From contig CAXPTH010000021.1 of NCBI GenBank assembly GCA_964220215.1, positions 926-64,925 of the forward strand: 64,000 bases of DNA. The letters run 5' to 3'. The notes beneath the pieces were generated by a model. The model saw only the letters and a list, made by a program, of their open reading frames with translations. It was not told the DNA's origin and did no database searches. This document shows, piece by piece, positions 27,077-36,455 of this stretch. The position numbers and the translations under genes were made by a program. This stretch comes from Alteromonas sp. (GTDB lineage Bacteria; Margulisbacteria; Marinamargulisbacteria; UBA6595). Within the stretch, counting starts at the first letter, position 1, and every line of letters begins with the position of its first letter.

Positions 27077-27250
27077 CTTAAAAGTCCCCTTTAGGGGATT
27101 TAGGGGCCTAGGGATTTAGGGGCTTAGAAAGTCCCCTTTAGGGGATTTAGGGGCTTAGAAAGTCCCCTTTAGGGGATTTAGGGGCCTGGGGGTAGTGGCT
27201 TGGGGATTTAGGGACTTGGGAGTAGTGGCATAGGAATTTAGGGGCCTAGG
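27077..27250. repeat. G-rich tandem repeat array (~31-bp period) with embedded TCCCCTTTAGGGGA hairpins
   Basis: Two perfect 31-bp copies of TTAGAAAGTCCCCTTTAGGGGATTTAGGGGC at 27124-27154 and 27155-27185, plus a near copy at 27077-27107. Degenerate ~30-bp units continue to ~27245. Six GG(G/A)ATTTAGGG(G/A) cores. Confidence 0.85.
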
Positions 27251-27261
27251 AGTTTAATCAA

Positions 27262-27834
27262 TTACCAGATCCCGCCAGCGCCATACGGCGTGCCAGAACT
27301 TGTGTTGGCATCCATCGAACGAACATCCCGTGGTGTGGACCCATAATGCCTATTATTGAAGCTATTTACGGTGCTCAGATTGTCTAAATTGTCTAAATTA
27401 TCTAAATCTGTTAAACCCAAGTACGCATCCACAATCCCTGAAAATACCGTATAGTCATTGGAAAACGTTAGCGCAATGCCCCCGAAGTCCGTATCCTGGA
27501 CAATCGCTACCGATGGGGCTACCGCTTCCACATAATCCAACGGAAATTGAGGATCCAACGAAACCCGAAACACCACCGCATACGCCGCCGGTTGCAACGG
27601 CCCCAAATCAAACACCCCCGACGGCTGGGTAATTACAGCATCAGACACCACCCGATCGGTCTGAATATTAATCACATACACCGCAATCGGTCGTACCGAA
27701 TTTTGAATAACGCCCCGCATGGATGCCCCCACAATCGGGGTTGACAGTGACACACAAATCACACAAAATAGTACAACGATTATGCGCAACCTGTTTCCCA
27801 ATCGCTTGTCTACTTTGCCTACGTTTAATTGCAT
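27262..27834 (-). CDS. Hypothetical secreted protein (possible carboxypeptidase-regulatory-like beta-sandwich) with DNL repeat
   Basis: 190-aa ORF with a signal-like N-terminus (RLRIIVVLFCVICVSLSTPIVGA). (DNL)x3 is encoded by a 9-bp tandem repeat at 27379-27414. The fold call is weak. Confidence 0.5.
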   Translation of the reverse strand: MQLNVGKVDKRLGNRLRIIVVLFCVICVSLSTPIVGASMRGVIQNSVRPIAVYVINIQTDRVVSDAVITQPSGVFDLGPLQPAAYAVVFRVSLDPQFPLDYVEAVAPSVAIVQDTDFGGIALTFSNDYTVFSGIVDAYLGLTDLDNLDNLDNLSTVNSFNNRHYGSTPRDVRSMDANTSSGTPYGAGGIW

Positions 27835-28708
27835 GGTACTCGTGTTTAGTATACTCCTGATTGCATCAACCGGCTATGCTCAAAACAATTTGCACGGTGC
27901 TGGGGCTACTTTACCCTATCCGTTGCTCAAAAAACTATTTCGAGAATACCAATACAATACCGGAAAACCCATTATTTTTGAAGCCATTGGATCCGGCAGC
28001 GGCTTAGCAAAGTTTAACGCCAATGCCGTTGATTTTTTGATCACAGATACCCCGGATGAGACCACCCTTAATGCCCCCAACCGGATCGCCGTACCCATCA
28101 GCATCAGTGGCGTGGCTGTTGCCTATAATTTACCCAAAAACCCCGACTTAAAACTAAATAAAGCGATTTTAAAAGCCATCTATTCCGGTGAAATCACCCA
28201 TTGGAATGACCCCGCCATTACAGAACTAAACGCCCCCGAATTAATGCCCAACCTGCCCATCCAAGTGGCCACACGCCCTGCCAAAAGCGGAACTTATTAC
28301 ATTTTTACCCAGTTTTTGGACACCAACTCCCTCCAGGGCAATCACGTCGTGCCCGGAAGTCTCGCCATGGCTCGGTTTATTGATGAAACCATCGGCAGTG
28401 TGGGGTTTTTAGGGTTAAACCATGCCATTGACCAACACTTGAAAATTGCCCGTATTGAAAATAATGTTGGGGCGTTTATTATCCCAAACCCCCACGTAAT
28501 TGGCATGGCCACAACTGAAAACTCTCCGTATGCGTACCCAATTAGTGGGCTGTCTTGGCTGGTGTTTGATGCCAAGCAAACCGAGGTCCGCCAGTTAGCG
28601 CAATGGTTGTTAGAAACGGGGCAATATTATCACAAACAATTCCAATATGCACCCCTGCCCCAACAGCAGCGGGTCCAATGGTTAAAAAAACTAGAGGTTT
28701 CTCAATGA
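27833..28708 (+). CDS. PstS-family phosphate-binding periplasmic protein
   Basis: GAGATLPYPLLKKLFREYQ...AIGSGSGLAKF matches the PstS/PBP type-2 N-terminus. Start is ambiguous (27719, 27782 or 27833); 27833 minimises overlap with the divergent gene. Confidence 0.75.
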   Translation: MVLVFSILLIASTGYAQNNLHGAGATLPYPLLKKLFREYQYNTGKPIIFEAIGSGSGLAKFNANAVDFLITDTPDETTLNAPNRIAVPISISGVAVAYNLPKNPDLKLNKAILKAIYSGEITHWNDPAITELNAPELMPNLPIQVATRPAKSGTYYIFTQFLDTNSLQGNHVVPGSLAMARFIDETIGSVGFLGLNHAIDQHLKIARIENNVGAFIIPNPHVIGMATTENSPYAYPISGLSWLVFDAKQTEVRQLAQWLLETGQYYHKQFQYAPLPQQQRVQWLKKLEVSQ

Positions 28709-30327
28709 AACACGTTGCAACTGTCGGACTGGGTATTCTTCTATTCGCCACACGGGTGTTTGCCACTGAATCTGCCATTTACAGCCCCAGTGAAGCCCCA
28801 ACAGTAACGGCTAAAACAAACATTTTGATTAAAGGAAAAACGCCCTTTAAGGAAGCGGTGTTTGTGAATGGGAAACCCATCGAGGTCCAACCCAGTGGCC
28901 AATTTTACAACCGCTACCCCATTGCCATTCCCAGCAACCAAACACTGGTGATTACCCTCTTGGATGCTGAAAAAACACCCCAGCACAGCTACCATCATGT
29001 TGTAGCCTTACCCGGTCCATCGGATATTGGCAGTTTAAACGACCCACAACGGTCCAACTACTTGTATACCCTCAACAGCCCCTTTATCCACAAAAGCATG
29101 AGCCAAAAAAACCTGTTTCAGCCCGTATCTCGGGCGGAATTGGCCTATTTCAGCCATGCCATTCTTCAGCAAGACCCCCAACCCCCAACGCCCACAAACT
29201 ATTCCGATGTGGATGCAACTGCTTGGGCCAAGCCAGCCATTGATCAACTCGTGGCCAATGAAATCATGCGCGAATACATGGACGGTCGGTTCCACCCTGA
29301 AAAACCAATTTCAACACTCGAATACATTATTACGGTTGTCCGAGCCTTGAATTTAGAATCTGAAACCGACACTACCCCGCTGCCGTATAGCGACATTGAC
29401 CCGGACGACTGGACCACACGGTTTGTTCGCATCGGCTACACGCACCAATTACTCCCAAACACCCCCCAGTTAAACGGCAATGCGCAATTGGATTACCAAA
29501 CATTTTTATCGCTTTTGGGTCGAGTTCCCGCCGTTCAAGCCTACATTAACGCCCAACGCAATGCCGCAGCGCCATCGGCTGACATGGCCACAATTATGGC
29601 CAATATTCAAGCCTATCAGGCGCACCCACGCACAACGATTGTCATGGACTCCCTACAAAACGGTGATATTCTCTATGCCCCCACAACCACCTTATCGGTA
29701 ACGGTTAACCCAGTTGCACCCTTTCAGTTTAATCAAACGACGCTAACCCCCGATGCATCGGGACACCGTCAGATCGCCGTATCCGTATTTGAACCCGGAC
29801 CCGTGCCAATCACGATTACCGCAGGACCATTTAAAAAAACAATGACGGCCTATTATTTTCCGTGGTACCCCGAATTAAATAACCATTGGATTAGCGGAAC
29901 CATTAGCCGCTTACGCTATGTTCGAAAACTCGAAACCCCTCGGACGTTTTCCCCCACACAAACCATGAACCGGGCCGAGTTTAAAGCGTTGTTTTTATGG
30001 GCAACCGGCTTACCTGAAACAACCGACACAACCCCATGGTTTTCAGACACCGGCACCAACCCACTGCTAACACGGGCAGAAGCGGGCGCCGCTATTGCCA
30101 AATTTATTGGCCACACCCCCGATCGCACATCCAGCATGGACAACAGCGTCTTTCGCGATGTCCCCAATGGGCATTGGTTCCGGCCGTATTTGTCCACCTT
30201 GTTGGCGAAAAATATTGTCCGGGCAAATGCCCAATTTAACCTGAATCGACCCATTACCGAGGCCGAAGTGGTTTATATGCTCAGCCAAACAGCCCCGGTT
30301 CAACACGACCTCAACGCCGCCCTGTAA
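28705..30327 (+). CDS. SLH-domain-containing secreted protein
   Basis: ATGA overlap with the PstS-like stop. Signal peptide MKHVATVGLGILLFATRVFA. SLH-like segments (YSDVDATAWAKPAIDQLVANEIM, FRDVPNGHWFRPYLSTLLAKNIV, LTRAEAGAAIAKFI). Confidence 0.7.
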   Translation: MKHVATVGLGILLFATRVFATESAIYSPSEAPTVTAKTNILIKGKTPFKEAVFVNGKPIEVQPSGQFYNRYPIAIPSNQTLVITLLDAEKTPQHSYHHVVALPGPSDIGSLNDPQRSNYLYTLNSPFIHKSMSQKNLFQPVSRAELAYFSHAILQQDPQPPTPTNYSDVDATAWAKPAIDQLVANEIMREYMDGRFHPEKPISTLEYIITVVRALNLESETDTTPLPYSDIDPDDWTTRFVRIGYTHQLLPNTPQLNGNAQLDYQTFLSLLGRVPAVQAYINAQRNAAAPSADMATIMANIQAYQAHPRTTIVMDSLQNGDILYAPTTTLSVTVNPVAPFQFNQTTLTPDASGHRQIAVSVFEPGPVPITITAGPFKKTMTAYYFPWYPELNNHWISGTISRLRYVRKLETPRTFSPTQTMNRAEFKALFLWATGLPETTDTTPWFSDTGTNPLLTRAEAGAAIAKFIGHTPDRTSSMDNSVFRDVPNGHWFRPYLSTLLAKNIVRANAQFNLNRPITEAEVVYMLSQTAPVQHDLNAAL

Positions 30328-31859
30328 TGCGACACACACTGGAACAGGCATTAACTGACGCCATCCAGACGGCCGGGATTGACTGTCATGGGCAAGCCTT
30401 GGATTTGCATGCCCCCAACCAAAGCAGCCATGGGGATTATGCAACAGCCATTGCTTTTCGATTGGCCAAAGTGATGAAACAAGCCCCAGCTCAACTTGCA
30501 GAAACATTTATTCAGGCCCTTCAGCCCGCTATGGCCAACCAAGCCACACTGTCGCAAATCAACGGCTTTATTAATATTACGTTAACGCCCAGCGCTCGGT
30601 TAATGCACATTGAAGCGCCGGCTGAATACCCCGTTAAGCCCCGACGAATTTTATTGGAATTTGTATCGGCAAACCCCACCGGACCCTTGCATATTGGGCA
30701 TGGACGCTGGGCCGTTTTGGGCAGCTGTTTGGCCAATTTATTGCGTGCCGTGGGGCATCGAGTCGATACGGAAAATTACATCAACGATGCTGGCAATCAG
30801 ATTGCCTTGTTTACCGCCAGTGTTGCCGCAGCCAAAGCCGGCGAAGCGATTCCTGAAGATGGGTACCACGGAGCCTATATTCAAACCATTGCCAATGAAA
30901 ATACCGATCCGGTTACCCACATGCTGAACCAGCATAAATCGGATTTAGCCGCCATTGGGACCCACTTTGACCACTGGTTTCGGGAACACACCTTGCATGC
31001 CGACACAGCCATCCCAGATGCCCTGGCGCATCTCAACACCCATTGCTACACCCACGATGAAGCGGTTTGGTTCAAAAGCACCGCATTCGGGGACGATAAA
31101 GACCGTGTTTTGGTCAAATCGGATGGGTCCTTGACGTATTTTGCCGTTGACATTGCCTACCATTGGAACAAACTGCAACGCGATTATGACCAACTGATTA
31201 ATATTTGGGGGGCGGACCACCACGGGTATGTGCCCCGTGTATCGGCAGCGGTTCAAGCCCTTCAAAACGGCCACGATCAGACTGAATTAACCGTCTTAAT
31301 TGGACAATTGGTCAGTTTAGTTCGAGACGGCGAACCGGTTCGCATGAGCAAGCGCAGCGGCGATATGATTTATTTCCGGGACGTCATTGACGATATTGGC
31401 GCCGATGCCACCCGCTTTTTCCTCATTCATAAAAGCAGCGACTCCCACATTGAATTGGACTTGGATTTGGCCCATCAAAAAACAGCTGAAAACCCAATTT
31501 TTTATATTCAATACGCCCATGCACGCATTTGCCAACTGCTCCAAAAAGTAGGGGAAATTCCCGACGCAAGTGTCCATCACATTGCCGACGCCTATGCCGA
31601 GGCAGACCGGCCCTTATTGCAATGTTTAATGCACAGCGGCGATACGATCTTGGATGCCGCAAACGCCTATGCCCCCCACCAGTTGGCAACCTATGCCTTG
31701 GAACTGGCCCGGCACTTTCATCGGTTTTATGAAACCAACCCCGTCTTAACCAGCACCGGGGTTCAGAAAGCCTACCGATTATGGGTCATTGGGCAGGTCC
31801 AGCAGACCCTGCAACGGGTATTGGGCATTTTGGGTATTTCAGCCCCCACACGCATGTAA
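30327..31859 (+). CDS. argS: Arginine--tRNA ligase
   Basis: Class I motifs SANPTGPLHIGHGR (HIGH) and MSKRSG (KMSK), plus the DALR anticodon-binding C-terminus. Confidence 0.9.
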   Translation: MRHTLEQALTDAIQTAGIDCHGQALDLHAPNQSSHGDYATAIAFRLAKVMKQAPAQLAETFIQALQPAMANQATLSQINGFINITLTPSARLMHIEAPAEYPVKPRRILLEFVSANPTGPLHIGHGRWAVLGSCLANLLRAVGHRVDTENYINDAGNQIALFTASVAAAKAGEAIPEDGYHGAYIQTIANENTDPVTHMLNQHKSDLAAIGTHFDHWFREHTLHADTAIPDALAHLNTHCYTHDEAVWFKSTAFGDDKDRVLVKSDGSLTYFAVDIAYHWNKLQRDYDQLINIWGADHHGYVPRVSAAVQALQNGHDQTELTVLIGQLVSLVRDGEPVRMSKRSGDMIYFRDVIDDIGADATRFFLIHKSSDSHIELDLDLAHQKTAENPIFYIQYAHARICQLLQKVGEIPDASVHHIADAYAEADRPLLQCLMHSGDTILDAANAYAPHQLATYALELARHFHRFYETNPVLTSTGVQKAYRLWVIGQVQQTLQRVLGILGISAPTRM

Positions 31860-31861
31860 CC

Positions 31862-32824
31862 ATGCATCCGTTTGTGTATGCCGTGCATCAATCGGTGCTT
31901 CGTGATGACCTGATTGATTTTGATGCACCCATACTTGTGGGATTTTCAACCGGACCGGACTCAGAATTTTTATATCACTACCTGAATCATGTGTATCGCC
32001 CAGATCTCTTGCATTTGGTCTATGTCAATCATCACCTTCGTCCAGCCACAGACTTGGCCCATGAACTAAGCCGGGTCGCCGCATTGGGGCAGCGCCATCC
32101 CGTGCATAGTGTGGATGCGCCCATTACAGGCTCCAGCGGCATTGAAGCGCGCGCACGCGAGGCCCGGTATACCGAGTTTGAGCGAATTGCCCGCGAGCAG
32201 GGTATTGCGCAAATTAGCACCGGCCATCATTACGATGATCACATCGAAACCATTTTGCTCCAGCTCATTCGAGGCACCCAACGGGGGTTGCGAGGCATTG
32301 CCCAAACAAAGCCCTGGGGACCTGGGGTCTTGATTCGGCCGTTAATCCACTGCTACAAAGCCGATATTTTGGCCTATTTAGACGCCCACCAACTCCCCTA
32401 TACCTGCGATAGCACAAATACAGACACCCAGTTTACCCGCAATAAAATTCGCCACACCCTGCTGCCCCTGTTGCAAAGCCTCAACCCCAAGATTCACGAC
32501 CGGCTCAACACCTTCGCCACCTATCACGAACGGGTTCATGATTTTTTAGACCAGCACCATGCCGATGCCTATGCCCGCATTATTAAGCAGCACCAGCACT
32601 GCCAGATTGACCGCCACTACTTGATTCAGCAACCCAACATTACCCAACGCTACCTGCTCTTGCACATGGCTCAGCACGTAACACAAACACCCGCCAATCA
32701 TCAGCATATCCAAACAATACTGGCCCTCGCCAACACACCGCCCTTCCCCAAATACACCCAATTACCCGGCCATGTCCACGTGACCATTCAAACCGAAACA
32801 GTCTCGCTGAAACGTACACGTTGA
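31862..32824 (+). CDS. tilS: tRNA(Ile)-lysidine synthase
   Basis: PP-loop variant GFSTGPDS, plus HHYDDHIET and CDSTN motifs. Start set to the ATG at 31862, just after the argS stop. Confidence 0.8.
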   Translation: MHPFVYAVHQSVLRDDLIDFDAPILVGFSTGPDSEFLYHYLNHVYRPDLLHLVYVNHHLRPATDLAHELSRVAALGQRHPVHSVDAPITGSSGIEARAREARYTEFERIAREQGIAQISTGHHYDDHIETILLQLIRGTQRGLRGIAQTKPWGPGVLIRPLIHCYKADILAYLDAHQLPYTCDSTNTDTQFTRNKIRHTLLPLLQSLNPKIHDRLNTFATYHERVHDFLDQHHADAYARIIKQHQHCQIDRHYLIQQPNITQRYLLLHMAQHVTQTPANHQHIQTILALANTPPFPKYTQLPGHVHVTIQTETVSLKRTR

Positions 32825-32850
32825 CACACTGTACTGAGATTCAGTATCAT
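32821..32850 (+). promoter_or_regulatory. Candidate sigma70-type promoter for the TonB-dependent receptor operon
   Basis: TTGACA (32821-32826), 18-nt spacer, TATCAT (32845-32850). An AAGGA RBS lies near 32879-32883, ahead of the ATG at 32896. Confidence 0.35.
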
Positions 32851-32895
32851 TTAATCAAGTAACGAATTGTATTTAAATTAAGGATATCGAATCAC

Positions 32896-34932
32896 ATGAA
32901 TTATCGACACATATTTCTATTGGCCCTTGGCTTCAGTATTGCGCTTCAGGGCACGACGTTGTCGGAAGTTGAGGTCATTGGGCATTCCCCAACATCCACC
33001 CAGGAACTACCTGGATCGGCCGACGTGATTAGCGAAGAAACCTTGCAGCGGGCCCAGCCCTTAACCACAGGGGAAGCCTTGATGCGGGTCCCTGGTGTAT
33101 CGGTACGCAACGAAGACGGGTTGGGCTTGCGGCCCAATATTAGCATTCGGGGGATCAATGGAAACCGAAGCAAAAAAGTATTATTGCTTGAAGATGGTCT
33201 CCCCATTGCCCTAGCACCATATGGTGAAAGCAGTGCGTATTATTCCCCACAAATTGACCGGATTGCACGCATTGAGGTCTTAAAAGGCAGTGGCAGCATT
33301 TTATATGGCCCCCAAACGATTGGAGGCGTGGTCAATTTTATCACCGCCGAGCCCCCAAGCAGCCGAACGGTCAAAACAACCCTAGCCATGAGTAGTTTTG
33401 ATACCAATAAGGCTCAGGTTCAATACGGAAACCGATGGGGGGATCACGGACTCTTGGTCAATTACTTGCGCCGATCCGGCCAAGGGTTCCGAAGCCCCAT
33501 GCCCTTTGACATTCACGATGTAAGCATTAAATATGGCCTTACCCAGTCGGAGCGATCTGAGCTGAGCCTGCGGACCCATTACTACACGGAGCGATCCGCA
33601 TCGACGTATACGGGACTGACCGAGCCTATGTTTCAAGAAGACCCCCGCCAAAACCCCGCCATTTATGACCGATTGTATGTGGAACGAGCGGGTATTCGCC
33701 TCGGGCATCGGTATTATACAGACTCCGCCTTAATTAACACGGCCGTTTATGGCTACCACACCAGCCGAAATTGGTGGCGACAAAAGTTTCATCGATCCAA
33801 TACCGGTGTACTTACACCTTTAATGACAAACGAAGGCAACAATCGGTACTACACCGTTGCCGGATTGGAAAACCGCATTGAGTGGGATGCATTAACCGTT
33901 GGCGCACGCGTGCACCACGAATTTGAAGACAGAAAAAAAATTAAAGGTTCATCTCCAACTGCTCGCAGTGGCAATCTAAACAGCCATGAGCACCGCAGTA
34001 CCGATGCCGTGGCCACCTATGCCCAGTACCGGTATGCTGTGAATGACCGCATCGACATTATCCCCGGGTTACGACTGGAACATTACCAGCAACGCCGGGC
34101 CATTTTAGTTTCAAGTGACCAGGCAAAACATAAAAGCGGGACCACCCAAACCACCGCCTGGATTCCTGGCATCGGTGCGACGGCCTATGTAACGGATCAG
34201 GTTCAAGTTTTTGGGGGCGTGCACCGCGGCTTTGCGCCGGCATCGTTTAGTGATGCGTTAAACAGTAATGGCCAAGACCAGCAACTCGACCCTGAAGAAA
34301 GCTGGAATTATGAAGCCGGTATCCGAGGCGCTTTATCTGAGCATACGCATTTTACCAGCACCGCCTTTTTTACGGACTACTTCAATCAAATCGTTGATAA
34401 TTCATCAGCCGTGTACACAAGAGCCAATGGTGGGCGCTCCCAGACCACCGGGGTTGAGCTTGGGCTTCAGTATGCCCGGCCATTACCCAATGGCTTTCGG
34501 CTCACGTCATCGGCTGGGCTAACCCTACAAACAGCGATTTATACGGCTGATTCTGAGTTCGATTCAGACACAGAAACTACTCATGCGAAATCTGGCAACC
34601 GGGTGCAGTACACACCCAGCGAGCAGTACCAAGCGTCTGTAGGGCTTGAAACCGCCAAAGGGTTTTCCGTGGAGGTCTCCGGTGTGCACACTGGCATGAT
34701 GTATTCGGATGCCGCCAATACTGAATCCGGCAGTGCCGATGGTCAAACGGGGGTTATTCCGGCGCACACCGTCTACAACATCAGTGCCAGCCAGGCCTTT
34801 ACCCCCCGACTCACCGGCTTTGCCAGCATTAAAAATCTATTTGATTTAAGCTACATAGCCTCCCGACACCCCACAGGCATTATGCCGGGCAATAGCCGTA
34901 TTATTGAAGCCGGGATAACCTACCACTATTAA
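32896..34932 (+). CDS. TonB-dependent outer-membrane receptor (siderophore type)
   Basis: Signal peptide, TonB-box-like LSEVEVIG, plug domain (GVSVRNEDGLGLRPNISIRG) and a terminal aromatic residue (...ITYHY). Confidence 0.9.
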   Translation: MNYRHIFLLALGFSIALQGTTLSEVEVIGHSPTSTQELPGSADVISEETLQRAQPLTTGEALMRVPGVSVRNEDGLGLRPNISIRGINGNRSKKVLLLEDGLPIALAPYGESSAYYSPQIDRIARIEVLKGSGSILYGPQTIGGVVNFITAEPPSSRTVKTTLAMSSFDTNKAQVQYGNRWGDHGLLVNYLRRSGQGFRSPMPFDIHDVSIKYGLTQSERSELSLRTHYYTERSASTYTGLTEPMFQEDPRQNPAIYDRLYVERAGIRLGHRYYTDSALINTAVYGYHTSRNWWRQKFHRSNTGVLTPLMTNEGNNRYYTVAGLENRIEWDALTVGARVHHEFEDRKKIKGSSPTARSGNLNSHEHRSTDAVATYAQYRYAVNDRIDIIPGLRLEHYQQRRAILVSSDQAKHKSGTTQTTAWIPGIGATAYVTDQVQVFGGVHRGFAPASFSDALNSNGQDQQLDPEESWNYEAGIRGALSEHTHFTSTAFFTDYFNQIVDNSSAVYTRANGGRSQTTGVELGLQYARPLPNGFRLTSSAGLTLQTAIYTADSEFDSDTETTHAKSGNRVQYTPSEQYQASVGLETAKGFSVEVSGVHTGMMYSDAANTESGSADGQTGVIPAHTVYNISASQAFTPRLTGFASIKNLFDLSYIASRHPTGIMPGNSRIIEAGITYHY

Positions 34933-34933
34933 A

Positions 34934-35548
34934 ATGCCTGTATCTTTAGCCAGTATCATTGAACCGGTGGGGGTATTAATTTACCCCCTTGCTGTGTGCT
35001 CCTTGGTATCCGTTTGGGTAATTTTGGATAAGTCTGTTTTTTGGATTCAGTATTTGCGGCGGCGCAATCGGCCCTACTTAACCCAATGCTTAGCGGCGGT
35101 GCAGCGCAATGATAACGCAGGAGCCTTGGCCATTGTTAAGCAACATGCCCACCCCGTGTTGCGGGTGTTTGGCACGGCGTTGCATTGCCATACCCGGCAT
35201 CAGAGCAGCCAATTGCACTATGCCTGTTCCCGTGAATTGCGGGGCATGCGCAGTCGCCTGAATGCCCTAGTCACGATTATTACCATATCCCCATTGTTGG
35301 GTATTTTGGGTACGATTGTGGGTATTATAAAAGCCTTTCAAGGCCTGTCAATTGAAGCGGGGCTCGACCCAACGGTGATGATTCAGGGCATTTCCAGCGC
35401 CTTGTGGACCACGGCCATTGGATTAAGCATTACCATTGTGACGTTTATCCCCTATTATTTTTTTCAATCTCGGGTTGAAAAAGCCGGGCATGACTTGGAA
35501 GACTGGGCGACCCAATTCGAATTGGCGCGAGCCGGGGAGTTGGGATGA
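34934..35548 (+). CDS. exbB: MotA/TolQ/ExbB proton-channel family protein
   Basis: 204 aa with 3 TM segments. Conserved C-terminal GLLGTIxG-like motif (PLLGILGTIVGIIKAF). Sits in a TonB operon. Confidence 0.85.
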   Translation: MPVSLASIIEPVGVLIYPLAVCSLVSVWVILDKSVFWIQYLRRRNRPYLTQCLAAVQRNDNAGALAIVKQHAHPVLRVFGTALHCHTRHQSSQLHYACSRELRGMRSRLNALVTIITISPLLGILGTIVGIIKAFQGLSIEAGLDPTVMIQGISSALWTTAIGLSITIVTFIPYYFFQSRVEKAGHDLEDWATQFELARAGELG

Positions 35549-35922
35549 TTTTGCACACGGAGAAAAAACCAGCGGTGCATGTGGACATGATTCCCTTAAT
35601 TGATAGCTTGTTTGTGCTACTGGCTTTTTTTCTTATTGCGGTGTCTACCATGGTGATTCAAAAAACCTTGCCCATTCAATTGCCCACCGCAGCTACGGCA
35701 GTGACGGTTACTGACCCGATTCCCACAATTAGCATTGACGCCAACGAGCAACTCTATTGGTCCGGGCAACCCATTGCCTTGAATGCCCTCACGGGAGTTC
35801 TACCCGAAACCGACCGCGTGATTATTCAAGCCGATGAAAACGTCCGCCAAAAAGTTATTGTGCAAGTGTTAGACCAAGTCAAACGCAATCAGATTCAAAC
35901 CGTCATGGTGCAAACCCGATGA
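35545..35922 (+). CDS. exbD: ExbD/TolR biopolymer transport protein
   Basis: 125 aa. IPLIDSLFVLLAFFLI is the ExbD TM motif. ATGA overlap with exbB. Confidence 0.85.
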   Translation: MILHTEKKPAVHVDMIPLIDSLFVLLAFFLIAVSTMVIQKTLPIQLPTAATAVTVTDPIPTISIDANEQLYWSGQPIALNALTGVLPETDRVIIQADENVRQKVIVQVLDQVKRNQIQTVMVQTR

Positions 35923-36455
35923 AACTGAGCAGTATACTGATTACGGCCACCACAATTGCCCTGCACATGGCCGGTGGATTGGCGGTCAACAGCTGGCTGG
36001 CCAATCATGCGGGGAACACCCCACAGCTTGGGATTCAGCCGTCGGTGATTGAATATGTTCAATTGGCCGAGGAGCCCATCACGCAACAGGCTGTTGAACC
36101 CGTTAGTACTGCGCCTGCACCCATCGCTCTAAAACCCAGTGCTCCTGCGACTCCGGCCCCGGCGCCCTTAAGCATTGTCAAAGCGAGTCCGATTGCAGCG
36201 GAAAACAAGCCCCCCCACTACCCCCGCATGGCCCTCCGGCGGCAACAGGCTGGAACGGTCTTGTTGCGGGTGCATGTCTTGGCGAATGGCACGCTTGATA
36301 CCGTCCAACTGCACGAATCATCGGGCCACCGGTTGCTGGATCAAGCCGCCATTGCCGCAGTTTCTGATTGGCAGTTTTCACCCCAAACAGCCAATGGGCA
36401 ATTCGAAAACAGCTGGGTGAACATCCCCATTACCTTTAAGTTAAAAGATAGCTAA
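35919..36455 (+). CDS. tonB: TonB-family energy transducer (C-terminal TonB domain)
   Basis: N-terminal anchor, P/A-rich linker, and C-terminal PPHYPRMALRRQQAGTVLLRVHV...GHRLLDQAAIAAV..W.F. ATGA overlap with exbD. Confidence 0.75.
   Translation: MKLSSILITATTIALHMAGGLAVNSWLANHAGNTPQLGIQPSVIEYVQLAEEPITQQAVEPVSTAPAPIALKPSAPATPAPAPLSIVKASPIAAENKPPHYPRMALRRQQAGTVLLRVHVLANGTLDTVQLHESSGHRLLDQAAIAAVSDWQFSPQTANGQFENSWVNIPITFKLKDS

Noticed and set aside
27077-27250. CRISPR array or telomere-like repeat
   Set aside because: The period is only ~31 bp and there are no spacers. The TTTAGGG resemblance is embedded in a longer hairpin-containing unit and sits internally in a chromosome window, so it is treated as coincidence.
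30067-30507. 146-aa minus-strand ORF spanning the SLH-gene/argS junction
   Set aside because: It is antisense to two well-supported genes and has no motif support.
32827-32870. Fur box in front of the TonB-dependent receptor operon
   Set aside because: GATTCAGTATCATTTAATC shares only scattered positions with the GATAATGATAATCATTATC consensus. The match is too weak to call without a genome-specific matrix.
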